Positions 15,280-28,676 of a DNA stretch of 64,000 bases are shown piece after piece. The DNA lies in assembly GCA_951406725.2 (NCBI GenBank), contig OX597826.1:76694001-76758000 (forward strand), in the 5' to 3' direction. Under the pieces are notes generated by a model, which saw only the letters and a program-made list of their open reading frames with translations, was not told where the DNA came from and ran no database searches. How positions within the stretch are numbered: the first letter of the stretch is position 1; the number at the start of each line of letters is the position of its first letter. The translations under genes and the position numbers were made by a program. Source of the stretch: Octopus vulgaris (Eukaryota).

Positions 15280-15730
15280 ATATATATATATATATATATT
15301 AATATATATGTAGATATATATGCGTATATATATATTTACTTATATCCATTGACATGAATATGTGTGTGTGTGTGCTTACATATATCTACAACAAAGAGAC
15401 ATTCAACAAACGCACACACACACACACATGCACACACACACACATACACACACACACACGCACACACATGGATGCAAGTTTATTTCTCTGCGTGTATTCC
15501 CTTCCCTTTCTCTCAACCTCCTCCCTTCACCTTGATGTCAGCTCCCCCAAGTGTAGACTTTGCCCTTCATATGTTCGGGTTAAATGAAATAAAATAAATA
15601 AAATAAAAACAATCTCCCGTTCCCTTTTAGAAAGGCGGAGTTGATGCTGACGTCTGCACACATATATATACTACACTATCGATGCCTAGTTTGCGATGTG
15701 AGAAATCTGTATATTTATGTAGAGATAAAT

Positions 15731-15777
<47 letters not shown>

Positions 15778-15960
15778 CTATCTATCTATCTATCTTTATT
15801 TGTCTATATATGACTATCTTTGTTTAAAACTACGTATTTGTGTATCTGTGTTTCTATTCAATTATCTTAACTGATGCCTTTAACTGGTTGCATTTGCAAA
15901 GTTTTCTCTTTCTCTCTGTATATATACTTATGTTATCTATATCATGATACATATATTTTT

Positions 15961-16446
15961 GCAGAGGCCATACCCCATGGAGTACTATCCTGTAGATTTA
16001 GGAGTGTTCTGGAGGAGGCCAGACACAACATTAAGATCGTTGTAAAGCCAGGGAGCTCCATCAGATCACAACTATGTAGGATGCACCTCTTCGAGAATGA
16101 TAACTGCATGGTATGGAGGATTAATTCCGGCATTAACTGTAGACGTAGAAGTGTAGTCTAGAGCATAAGGTGCATAGAGGGTGCTTGTAAAGACAAGAAC
16201 ATAATATACAGTGGTGAGACATCTAGGAACATTGCGGAAAGACTAAATGGACATTGGAGACAATATGACGACCAAAAACAGTCCTCCATACTCTACTAAC
16301 ATGTCAAAGACCGACATGAAGGAAACCTGGGTCAATTTGATATGCGCATTTTATCCAAGCACCCGATGGACCCAACACTCAGACAAATACAGGAGTACGT
16401 CTTCATCAATGAAACACCCCTTGTCCTAAATGGGAAATATGCGTAG
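15961..16446 (+). pseudogene. Decayed Penelope-like element C-terminus: Cys-rich linker plus GIY-YIG endonuclease (Naiad-like)
   Basis: Reading through TAG 16159 and TAA 16297 in one frame gives KIVVKPGSSIRSQL..CMVW..NCRRRSVV*SIRCIEGAC..IYSGETSRNIAERLNGH..LY*HVKDRH..RQIQEYVFI..LNGK, matching the PLE pattern VVY-x3-C..YxGETxR..R..H..H-x4-H..RQxxE..I..LN. Confidence 0.88.
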
Positions 16447-16562
16447 TAGGTAACCATACCCTTTGCCCACAGTTTATATATATATATATATGCAGGTAGA
16501 ATAGTTAGTGGGCTGTTATGTAGAGGTATGTATGTGTGTGCGCGTGTGAGTGTGGGTGTGTG

Positions 16563-16630
<68 letters not shown>

Positions 16631-17011
16631 GGGAAATGGATATGTATATAAACAGAAAGCCTTACAGATGGATATAAGTAATATGAACATAGAAGCACAC
16701 ATACACACATACATACGCAAATGAACACTGAAGCGCATGACAATATGCACACACACGAATTTCACACAAGGTCACATATGGAGACACGCACTCATACATA
16801 ACAGATGCACGTACATAGTCACAAAAACACACACATAAAAGTACATAAATTCGAACACACAAACACATGAATATGCAGAATACATACATACAAACGTACA
16901 CACATACATACATATATATATGCATACACACATACATGCATATATACACCCAACCATACATAAGCGCATGCGCGTGCACACTGACCCACACATAATCGCA
17001 CAAACAAAAAG

Positions 17012-17164
17012 AACGCAGCTCAGAGTACGGACCAAATCAACGACTATTGAAAAGGTTACAAGACGCAAAGAACATTTAAAACAAAAATAATAAAAGGAAA
17101 CTGAACCGGTGAGTGTGTCAAATAATAAGGCACAAAAAGAGAATGCCTCTCTCCAGACACAACA
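17012..17164 (+). mobile_element. Short repeat family H3 with degraded U3-A8 hammerhead-like motif
   Basis: Homologous to 25154-25371; CTA-TTGAAAA-G-GTTAC aagac GCAAA-GAAc; ends in CCAGACACAACA next to (TA)n. Confidence 0.65.
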
Positions 17165-17182
17165 ATATATATATACATACAT

Positions 17183-17236
<54 letters not shown>

Positions 17237-17284
17237 AAACAAATCAAGATAGAAAATGCTAAAATAATTTTGTAAAGAACATTT

Positions 17285-17322
17285 CAGTACCGGTTTCGGT
17301 CATAGTGAGACCTTTTCAACTG
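17285..17322 (-). ncRNA. Minimal hammerhead motif with U3-A8 variant core
   Basis: Minus strand CAG-TTGAAAA-GGTC tcactat GACC-GAAA-CCGG-T-A-CTG: all three stems pair, palindromic stem III ACCGGT, GUA triplet. Confidence 0.75.
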
Positions 17323-17742
17323 TAACGATTAAATAATTAAATTTAGAAAAATTAAAAGAAAAGTTTTTTTAAAGGAATATTTGTATAGTGTTCAAATATA
17401 AGTGGTATTTTCCTTGTTTCTGCCTTTCTCTGTCTCTCTTGTTTGCACATGGCTTCCGGGATCAATAACGTGAGTAATAGTTGAATGCTGCGATCGGTGT
17501 AATCAACTTACTCCCCCAGCCCGAAATTGCTGGCCTTGTGCCTAATTTTGAATTGAATATTTCTAGGGTATTAGAAGTTACCTGGAGCTGGTCAAGCGAC
17601 CACTTGAAATATTTCTTATATCATAGTTATAATTATAAATACAAAGATAACGCATTCCTCATATTTTGCCACAAAGCTGCATCGATTCAGAATGAGATTA
17701 AAAAAACCAAGGCTGTGAAGATTTTAGAACATTTATAAATAG

Positions 17743-17790
17743 GTGTTACAACTGTTTCCAAGATATTTATTATATCCCTTCATCAGAGAC
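17743..17790 (-). ncRNA. Hammerhead motif, left arm (core intact, stem I mismatch)
   Basis: Minus strand GTCT-CTGATGA-a-GGGATAT aataa ATATCTT-g-GAAA-CAGTTG-T-A-ACAC. Confidence 0.68.
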
Positions 17791-18207
17791 GTTGCGAGAA
17801 AATGGTTAAGCAATAGTTAATTTAGATAAGATACGAAATAAATTGTGAAGTGGAGGAATGAAATTGTGAAGTGGAGGAATGAAAATAGATGTGAGATACG
17901 TAGGTATATTGCATTTGTAAATTCATTATTTAGACAGAATGATATACATATAAGATTCCAATACTTTGTGAATAAATTCCAGTAATATTTAAAATTGGTC
18001 ATTCCAAGTATAGAGTTTGTATACAGTGCTATTGAATGGATTCAATAGCACTGTGTACAAACTCTATACTTGAAATGACTAATTTTAAATGCTATTGGAA
18101 TTTATAATGACCAATTTTTAAAACTATATTAATAATATCCCTGCATATCTCACATCTATTTTCGTTCCTCCACTTCACTCTCTATTGCTTGACCATTTTC
18201 TCAAACC

Positions 18208-18255
18208 GTCTCCGATGAAGGGATTTGATAAATATCCGAGAAACAGCTGTAAGAC
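18208..18255 (+). ncRNA. Hammerhead motif, right arm (U4>C mutation, stems I and III intact)
   Basis: GTCT-CcGATGA-agGGAT..ATCCga-GAAA-CAGCTG-T-A-AGAC; stem III palindrome ACAGCTGT. Confidence 0.68.
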
Positions 18256-18472
18256 CTTCTATTTATAAATGTTCTAAAATCTTCACAGCCTTGGTTTTTT
18301 TTTATCTCATTCTGAAAAAAATATTTTTTTCAGAGATATATATATATACATGCTGATATATAACCTACGTTGAACTCTTTATTCGCATAATCACCGAACC
18401 TGGAGCTTAACTATGGTCTATCCATCGCACTTACTCAGCATTACCTGACTTATTGACATCATTACCTCTCAT

Positions 18473-18513
<41 letters not shown>

Positions 18514-18537
18514 ATATATCTATATATACGCAGGAGA

Positions 18538-18940
18538 GGCGCAGGAGTGGTTGTGTGGTAAGTAGCTTGCTAACCAACCACATGGTTCCGGGTTCGTGGT
18601 ACCTTGGGCACATGTCTTCTACTATAGCCTCGGGCCGACCAAAGCCTTGTGAGTGGAGTTGGTAGACGCAAACTGAAAGAAGTCTGTCGTATATATGTAT
18701 ATATGTATATATGTGTGTGTGTGTGTTTATGTTTGTGTCTGTGTTTGTCCCCCCAACATCGCTTGACAACCGATGCTGGTGTGTTTATGTCCCCGTCACT
18801 TAGCGGTTCGGCAAAAGAGACCGATAGAATAAGTACTGGGCTTACGAAGAATAAGTCCCGGGGTCGAGATATTCGATTAAAGGCGGTGCTCCAGCATGGC
18901 CGCAGTCAATTGACTGAAACAAGTAAAAGAGTAAAAGAGT
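18538..18940 (+). mobile_element. SINE family A, near full length
   Basis: Same head, core and (TAAAAGAG)n tail as 36709-37125; small deletion in the B-box region. Confidence 0.93.
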
Positions 18941-18957
18941 ATACATACATAAATAAT

Positions 18958-19170
18958 GATTTTGAAGTTTGCTACAAGATCAGTAGGGTCGGGGGATAGG
19001 GTAGGATGGGCTTAAGTCGATTACATCGACCCCAGTGTTCAACTGGTACTTATTTTATCGACGCCGAAAGGATGAAAGGCAAGTCGACCCCGGCGGAATT
19101 TGAACTCAGAACGTACAGTCGTGCGAAGCATCTCACCTGGGATGCTAACGATCCTGCCAGCTTGCCACCT
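18958..19170 (-). mobile_element. SINE family B monomer, tail-to-tail with the preceding SINE A
   Basis: GTCGATTACATCGACCCCAG...GAAAGGATGAAAGGCAAGTCGAC...TTTGAACTCAGAACG...CTGCCAGCTTGCC. Confidence 0.85.
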
Positions 19171-19210
19171 TAACACCACCACCAACTACAACAACAACAC
19201 CACAACCACC

Positions 19211-19242
<32 letters not shown>

Positions 19243-19714
19243 CAAAAACAGCCGCAGCAACAACAACAACAACAGCACAATAATAATAACACAAAAAAAC
19301 TTAAATGGTTTCAACTCGGAATTGAAACCACATCTCTTCATTTCCTGACGACACTTTCTTAACTCTTATGAGAAGGAAGCTGGCCACATGCCGTTCGAAA
19401 TATTACCATATTTCGATCGTCTTCTGTCACTGTTGGTGAATGGCATCAGTTTAAATTTCTCTGTTAATTACTTTTCTGACACCATTTGTCACTAATCATG
19501 TGTCCCGTCCGGCAGTAATTTTCCCGACTTCAATTCACACCTTCTTCAAATGAATCACCGTGCTCAATTAAGAAAACGAAACCTTCTTTATATTTTTTTT
19601 TTTTAGATTTATCTATTTCGGTTTTTTTTTCCTTAATATTATTATATTCCCACCTTAAACTTCTCGTTGGAAACACACAGTAAAAACAGCGAGATTGGGA
19701 GAGAGGGGGAGAGA

Positions 19715-19763
<49 letters not shown>

Positions 19764-19973
19764 GGGAAGGGAGATAAAGAGAGAGGGAGAGAAAGAGAGG
19801 GGAGAGAGAGGGAGAGAGAGAGGGAGAGATCGGTTGGGGAAGTGTTCACAAATTCAGACAGAGTACAACTGGTTGGCGAGAAGCAGAGACTTAAAGAAAC
19901 AGGACATGTTGAGGGAGGAAATACTGATGTAAATATATGTGCGTGTGAGTGTGAGTGTTTGTGTACGTGAAGG

Positions 19974-20220
<247 letters not shown>

Positions 20221-20946
20221 ATAGGGAGGGAGAGAGAGAGAGACGATGAACGAGGATAGAAGAAACGAAATGCATTGGAAGTTTCCAATTTTTTGCTATT
20301 TTATGATTTTTGAGTGAAATTCGTTTTGGTTTCGTTTATTACAACCGATTTTTTGTTTTAATTCTTAACATTTGTGATTTCAGACAAAAAAAAAAAAAAA
20401 GAATGGAAGTATATTAAGAACAAGAATAACATCAAATGGCAGAAAAGAACAACAACAAAATCGACAGCCACAAAAAAACCCCCCAAAATTATAATAATCG
20501 ACAGAATTATTCCAATTTCGAAACTGTAAGTTTGGGAGATCACTTCTCGTCGGAGTTGGATTCGATTTTTGCCTTACATGTATTGATGAAACTCTTAATC
20601 GATGGATGTGATAGGCAGATGAATGACTGTCAGAGTGGTGCCGGATTAAGTGTTTGGTTCAATTTGTTTAAGTACGTTATTGATAGAAGTTCTGTGAGGA
20701 CTGACTTCAACCTCCGCCATATTCCCGACCAATTACATATGAAACAGTTCTGTGTGATGGAGTCACCGTCGGTCTCGACGATGACAATCAAGTTGTCTAA
20801 CTTGTTGGAATTCCTATTCGTGAAAATAACGTGTAACCGGTTGAGTATTCCTCAGTCACATGTTCTCTTAGAGCTTTTCTTTCACCGAATCAGCGTAACA
20901 CTTTAAGGCTGACCCTTTGAATTCTAGGTGCAAGCCAGAGACAAAC

Positions 20947-20985
<39 letters not shown>

Positions 20986-22267
20986 GAGAGAGAGAGAAGG
21001 ATGGAGAGGGAGGGAGGGAGGGAGAAACCGAGATGGGGACAGAGAGATAAAAACATCGAATCAAGTACACTACCACTGTATTTATCGAACTGCAGAATGT
21101 TGAAAGACAAAGTTGACCTCGGCAGGATTTGAATTCAGATCCATGGCAGCCGGATCGAATAATTCGTGGTATTGTATCGAGCGCTCTAATGTTTTGCTGT
21201 TTAACTATTGATTGTAATATCGTTGAAGTCGTCTGCTCCCCATAAACAAGACCAGAAAAGCTGGAAAGCTACGGTTGGAGAAACCTTTGACGATAAATAT
21301 CAACGTTTATAGTAGAAGGAGTATTTGGTCGGTGTTGGTTTGTTTTTGTTCTATATATATCGAATGAGGAAGACACCACAGCCGCTCGGCCAAACAACAC
21401 TCAAATTCTATTGTTGAGCATTTGTGAGGCTATTGCAATTCTTAGGAAGTTAACAATCTAACAGAACAATAAATAACAACAAAAAACCTGTACTGAAATA
21501 GAAACACAACAATAGCAATAAAATCTAGCGTTGTTATGTTGCTTTTGCTGCCGATATTCTTTTCATTTAACAACAGATCAACAGTATTCCTACTGATATA
21601 GTATCATTAAATATGTCTAGCCGTGACTATTACAATTTATTTAGAATTATATTATTAAAGAACATGTTACTGAGTGCAATACCAAATTGACGGCCTTCCA
21701 GTAATGCAAATATATGGAACGGAAAAACATATTCATAAAATATTAACACATTTCAAGATTATCTTCATGCAAGATCAGAGACCTTTATTAAATACAGCCA
21801 CCGTGATAAATAACTCTTAAAACCTGGAAGATCACATCATAGCTTAATTAAAAGAATAAATATTCAACTTTTACATTGTTTTTTCTTTCTTTTCTTTTTT
21901 GGTCTCAATTCTAAAATGTGTGATATTTTCATACTTTCATTTTTGTTACATAACAGTGCCTGTCAAATGCCTAGTCCACCCAGGATTACATTCTGAAAGG
22001 TATCACAGCGTTACATTAAGACTAACGGTTCGGTGCAATTTAAGGAGATTTAGCTGATATTTCTACCAAGTCAGGTATCTGTGTAGAGGCTCTAACGGTT
22101 GCTATTTCTGTAAGGTCAGTTAACGGCAAGTGCAATGTGCGCAACATTACCTGTTTGTGGTATATGAGAAGAGTGGAAGATATCCGCAGTTCTTTTCTAC
22201 TTATATCACAATAGCAATATAAACACACACACACGCATACACATATACATATACATTACACACGCAC

Positions 22268-22336
<69 letters not shown>

Positions 22337-22338
22337 AA

Positions 22339-22540
22339 GTTAATCCAAACATGAAAACAGAAAGAGAAAACACAACGCGAGGACGTGGAACAAGTATAGT
22401 GTTATTGGACGCTCAGGAAAGGAAGGAAAGAAGGAGGATTTAACGTTTCGAGCGGAGCTGTTCGTCAGAAATATAGGAAAAGGAAAGATCCAAGGAAGGG
22501 AAGACTGAGGGAAAAAATCGTCAACGTTACACACGCAGTA
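22339..22540 (-). mobile_element. Hammerhead-bearing repeat family H1, copy 2
   Basis: GTTAATCCAAACA...GGACGTGGAACAA...GGACGCTCAGGAAAG shared with 9519-9703. Confidence 0.82.
22438..22472 (-). ncRNA. Hammerhead motif of H1 (core intact, stem II mismatch)
   Basis: Minus strand ATTT-CTGACGA-A-cAGC tcc GCTC-GAAA-CG-T-T-AAAT. Confidence 0.72.
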
Positions 22541-24162
22541 ATATATCTATACATACATACATATGTGTGTGTGTTAAAATATATGTACGTGCATATATGA
22601 AGAGAAAGATGAGAAGAAACAGAAATTCATTGACAGATCAGTAGTGATACAAACACTGGGGGTTGAGATAACGGTTTAAGGCAGAGATGTATATTTAGTA
22701 GAAGGGATCATCACATGGTATTGGAAATATAGAAGGTTGAAAGAACATCGAATTGAACGCTCGTCAGATAATCTTCCTTTGTTTCACATTTGCTGTAAAT
22801 ATAGAAAAAGACTGCAATGAATAGATGAAAAATGCGAAATTTACGAAGAAATAAAGCGGAAAAGTGAATGCCAGAAAGAAAAATATCTTTGAAAAAATAA
22901 AGAGAAACGAATCAAGATTGTAAAATAAGAGAGAAAAAAAAAACAAAGAATGAATAAATATGAAAGAATAAGAACTACAGAAAGAAAGACGAATGTTAGA
23001 AGAAATGAGGCAAAGGACAAGAAATTATTGTGAAGTTCCCAAACGTTGCGCCGTGGCGTATTCTTACGCCGTAAGGGGTATCTCTAGGTGCACTACTAGT
23101 TTGTTTTTTGTTTAAATATCAATTAAGGCTTAAGAAAATCTATAGAAATACATGAATTCGTGAAAAACATGTTATTCATATGTTGTTATCCATAAATTTG
23201 ACTAATGAAATATGGTAAACAACGGTTTGGGAATTCATTTTTCTAAATCTTTTTATATTTGAAAGAGTTTCTTTTGACATTTCACGCGAACTGCTTCAAT
23301 TATTATTCCACTCCCCTCCTTTTAATTACAAGTGTACCATGAAGTCAAAAAGGCAGAGTATCAGCCCGGATGTGGCTAACTTGTCAAATTGTGAGATAAA
23401 ACTCGGAGTGACAGTGGTTATGGTTGCAAATAGAAGGCAAAATCTCGTTGTACGTATAATCATGAGAAGTAAAACCATTTCATCGATGTTCACAATCAAA
23501 TTAATCGATAGAATATGTTGAGGTTCGAAACCAATTGCCAACTGAGGTAATGGGAAAGGGTCTTGAATTTCGAAAACCTGTATGAAGGCCTACGTTGAGT
23601 GATTATTTCTACATTTCACTCTGGCTATTGTATGATTTCATGGTTACACATTGACTCTTCCCCTGTCTCTCCCTCTTCCCTCTTTCTCTCTTTCTCCTTT
23701 TCTCTGTCACCTTATCTCCCTCTCTTTCTCACCACCTTTCCCATTATACGCATATATATTCTTAGAATATAAATATCAGTAATAGCCAAATGGTTATGCT
23801 TTCACATCATAAGACAGAGCTCAATGGTAGTTATTGATGATGGCCGATGGAGAGAGAACAAACATAAGATGGCGGTAAAGTAATAAAGAAAAGAAAATCA
23901 CAGAGAGAACAAACTAAAATGGCGGAAGATAAAAAAGAATAGGAAAGATCAGACATTACATGTTGGTTATAAACGAGATTTAAATCTGTATGATTGGAGG
24001 GTAAACTCTGCATGCACTTATCGCAAGAGGCGTCCATCTTTGCTATATCTGCACAAAAAAACATGGGTCCTTAGTAGCACAATGAAAATCTCAATAAAAA
24101 CCAATTGAGAATGAATAGATATATTATTGTCTGGATTCCTGCTGCCCTGTGTGCATTTTACA

Positions 24163-24264
24163 TACATTATTTACATTATTTACATTCGACGGATATTTGT
24201 CATCATCTTGTTCGTTGTTAACACAACGTTTCGGCTGATATACCCTCCAGCTTTCTTCAGTTAT
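24163..24264 (-). mobile_element. Hammerhead-bearing repeat family H2, 3' part
   Basis: Reverse complement of 50648-50745; CTGAAGA-a-aGCTG gagggtatat CAGCC-GAAA-CG-T-T-GTGTT. Confidence 0.78.
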
Positions 24265-24823
24265 AGTAGAAAATCCTTTCCCAAATTTCCAGGAAGTGAG
24301 ATTGAACACGGGTTGCAAAGGTAGATTCTTACCTCATAGCCACACCTGCACCTACGGTGATTAAATCCTTTTAAGTTATTTCACCTGTTCCATACTTTCA
24401 CTTTCACTTTCACATTTCTCTTTTCTTTTTAATGTTTCTTTTTCTATGTTTCCTTAAACGTTATCAACAGATTCATTGGAAGACATCTTACAAGAGATGC
24501 AAACATTCGAGGCAGACTGTGACAATGCGATTCCTACCTCCAGTTTAATTATGTTGTTGAGTAAATATGTAACGATGTGATTCTGGTAGGAAATGTGTAT
24601 TTGAAATTGCAGTGATATTGTTTGTCTTCTGTTTTGAAAAAAAAAATATACACACACACATATACAATTACAGACATGCATGCATATATATAAACGTTCA
24701 CATACACACATATATTGTATATATTGTACGTTTATGTTTATACGTGTATGTATATGTGTATGTGTCTCTATACAAGTATGACGTAAACTAGAAGCTAACA
24801 ATTTTTACATACACACACACACA

Positions 24824-24842
24824 GATAGATAGATCGATCGAT

Positions 24843-24879
<37 letters not shown>

Positions 24880-24923
24880 TGATATATATATATATACATA
24901 GATAGATAGATAGATAGATAGAT

Positions 24924-25014
<91 letters not shown>
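24824..25014. repeat. (AGAT)n array
   Basis: GATA repeats. Confidence 0.95.
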
Positions 25015-25111
25015 GTTAGTAGATCGTACGTTTATACGGGGTACACTAAATGGTATTCATCACTCAATGATTTGAGTACTTAGTTTATCTTATTTTAACG
25101 GAACTGTAAGC

Positions 25112-25153
<42 letters not shown>

Positions 25154-25159
<6 letters not shown>

Positions 25160-25371
25160 GTCTGGGGTGAGTCATTTTCTTTTTGTGCCTTATAATTTAA
25201 CACATTCACTGGTAAAATTTCCACTTATTTCTTATTTTTATTTTCTAAAATTTTCGTTCCGTCTTGCAACCTATTCAATAGTCAAGACTCTCAAGAAATA
25301 AGTGGAAATTTTACCGGTGAATGTGTTACAGTATAAGGCACAAAAAGAGGATGACTCTCCCCAGACACAAC
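25154..25371. mobile_element. Family H3 element as inverted pair, hammerhead-like motif at 25245-25281 (-)
   Basis: TGTTGTGTCTGGGG...CCACTTATTTCTT / AAGAAATAAGTGG...CCCCAGACACAACA; minus strand CTA-TTGAATA-g-GTTGC aagac GGAAC-GAAA-AT-T-T-TAG. Confidence 0.75.
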
Positions 25372-25496
25372 AGAATATGCTTCAACACACGAACTCATAT
25401 AAAGAATCTTGCAAGCCAAATCCAAAAACGAAATATATATACATAGATATATATATATGTATATGTAATACATAATTTATATATATGATATATATG

Positions 25497-25552
<56 letters not shown>

Positions 25553-25625
25553 ATATATATATATATATATATGAGATACACAGATTTACATGTATACATA
25601 TGTATATATATATTTATATATACAT

Positions 25626-25674
<49 letters not shown>

Positions 25675-26439
25675 AACATTTATATATATATATATATATA
25701 CATGCATATATACATATACATAAAACACGCATACACACAAAGATATATGCATATATATATATATGTATTTATATACATACGTGCATATATACATAAAACA
25801 CCCCCCCACACACACACACAAACACTCACGTACACAAACACGCACACACTCCCGTATATATGAGTGTGTGCTTGTATAACTATGTATTATGTAAACTAGA
25901 GGACGGCGCCTAAATAATTAACTGTTAATTCATGCATTTAACCATTTTCGTTTCGTCTTGTCATCTGCCTAATTTATCAAATAAGTCAATATTTTAGACA
26001 CTCACAAACAATATCCACCCCTTCGTATCAACACAATTTTTGAGGCATACAATTATACACCAACACTCTATAAGACACCTGGAAATTGCTGTGATTAGAT
26101 ATCCATGAGTGTGAGCCTCCGTGTGCGTGTGTGTATGAGTGTGTGTGTATGCGTGTGTGTGTCTGTGTGTGTGTGTGTGTGCTTTTTTCTGTAAGCATAA
26201 AGATGAGTGTATATCAGGTATTTTATGCGAATATGTATGATTGTGTTGATATAGTTTAAATACACATTGTCTCTCCCTTAAGTTTATAGAAGTACACTTC
26301 CGCATAGACACACTCGCGCATGCGCGCTGTCACATATAAACATACGCACATACACGAGGACAAATACATATGCCTACAAACCACAAACACACATATACAC
26401 AGAGTACACATTTCCACTAGTAGCCACAACTGTACACCC

Positions 26440-26472
<33 letters not shown>

Positions 26473-26476
26473 AACA

Positions 26477-26532
<56 letters not shown>

Positions 26533-26677
26533 CATAAATATAATTATAAATATATAATTATATTGATATGATTATAATTATAAAAAGGACTTTTTGTACA
26601 AGTTTCTACCGATAATGGTTTTTTTCCATACCGAAACTACTTGGTAAAATTTATTAATTATTAAATTAATAATTATT

Positions 26678-26748
<71 letters not shown>

Positions 26749-27010
26749 CACATACACATATACGCACACATTTAAGCACATATATCTATATATACAAACA
26801 TATATATGCATATATATGTATATAATTAAATAAGGGTAGACATTGATATTAATCAATTAAAACCAGTGGCTTAGCATATTTTAAATAATCCGAAGATTAA
26901 AAATTTTTTTTACATACAAAATTTAGAGGACTGGCCACTAAAAAATGGACATCCTATATGCTAGATATAGACGTCAAAATCCCCATTTCCACGAAGAATG
27001 TGTTCTCAAG

Positions 27011-27073
<63 letters not shown>

Positions 27074-27256
27074 AGTATATAGTTATGTATGTATATATTT
27101 ATGTATGTATGAATGTATGTACGTAGGCATGTATAAAACATGCAGTTTCTATATACTTAAACACACAAAGACATCACTTCATACGCATATACACCCATAC
27201 GCATTAATCTTTGCATTATATACTTACCAATACACGCACACTCACACACAAGGAGG

Positions 27257-27300
<44 letters not shown>

Positions 27301-27698
27301 GAGACAGACAGAGTGAGAAAGAGAGAGACAGAGTGAGAGAGAGAAGGGGGAAAACTGAACAAAACACATACATACGGAAAGTGAAAGTAAATGTCAAGTC
27401 GGCACCCCATGCGGTTTTGCACGTGCAATAAGCACGACGTCCCCTTTCCACTCCCATTGTCACCCCCGCCACCTGCAGCCAACCACCTACCGTGTGTCCA
27501 CTGACAGCAGTGTTCGTAGTTTCGCTTCTCAACATCCTCCCGCTCCTATAGAAACTCTCCCGCCACCGACCTCCCCTTTCCTTCTATTCCTACACACCCC
27601 TCCACCGTATTTGCCCCAACTCTCTCTCTCCACTACATTATGTAAAAGATGTCCTATGATAAACCCCATCCCCATCACAAAATCTCTCTCTCTCTCTA

Positions 27699-27734
<36 letters not shown>

Positions 27735-28097
27735 ACTTGTCTTTTATTACTTTATCATTGCTCCGTCGTCTAAAAAAGCTTCTTTGGACAATATACTTTT
27801 CCAAGTGTTTATCTAAGATGCTTGAAATAGTAAGCACATTTCCGTAAATCATACCTTACTGTCTGCAAAGGACTGAATTTACGGCTGTACTCCTAGATAT
27901 CCACCTTTTACAGGATGATCCTGGCTAGAATACTTTTGACCCTTTTTTTTAGGTGGGGAGCTTAACCAGGGTTGGCTTGCAGCTATACAACAACCTACAA
28001 ACTTAATAATGACTCGATCGACTAGAAAAAAAAAGCTATATTATCTCAAATCTTACGTAACCTATTAAATACACACACACACACAAACACACACACA

Positions 28098-28481
28098 TCT
28101 TTATATATAAAAGTAAAGTTGTGTGTCTGTCTCCTACGATTTAGATTCCTAACTACTCCCACATTTTGCGGTGCAGTTTAACCAAAACCGGGTATCTTAT
28201 AGTCGTGATTCATATCGAGTCATTCTGGGTGTTAGCGCGCGTCTACGATTTAAAAACAAATTTACCATCATTTTTTCCATTTAATGCATTTTTTCGCTAT
28301 TATATAAGGGAAGTAACTCTCTAAAAATGTCTACGATGAGTCAACGATTTAAAAAAAAATTACCATCATTTTTTATTCCATTTTTAATGCATTTTTTGCT
28401 ATTTTTTTGCTATAACTCACTAAAAATGCTTATATAGTTATTTCGCTTACAAACCCGAGCAACGCCGGGCGATACTGCTAG
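28098..28481 (+). mobile_element. Non-autonomous Helitron
   Basis: 5' TC after A, 3' hairpin CCCGAGCAACGCCGGG then CTAG before T, no TSD; internal tandem duplication. Confidence 0.9.
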
Positions 28482-28676
28482 TTATCTAATAAAGGTCTGA
28501 TTTAGCTCCAACTTAAACTTTTTGTAGGCTCGTAGACCGAGTCTATCGCGTCAGACATAAATGCCAGAAGCCACAGAAAAGGAAAGATAGATGTTGAAGC
28601 CTAACTGAATTATATACGTAAAAATGATATACATAAAAATGAACGTTTTAAAATTCTTTATTAAATTTATTACTGA

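Larger units (their letters stand above)
17686..18316. mobile_element. ~630-bp fold-back element (centre 18037-18040) with one hammerhead motif per arm
   Basis: TTCAGAATGAGAT...GCTATTGAA tgga TTCAATAGC...ATCTCATTCTGAA; arms align over most of their length with indels. Confidence 0.88.

Noticed and set aside
16159-16299. Selenocysteine or programmed read-through in the Penelope-like ORF
   Set aside because: Internal stops are TAG and TAA at non-Cys positions, consistent with ordinary decay
26604-26650. TACC..GATAA..GAAACTACTT-GGTA hammerhead-like remnant
   Set aside because: Core incomplete; would need a deletion to be assumed
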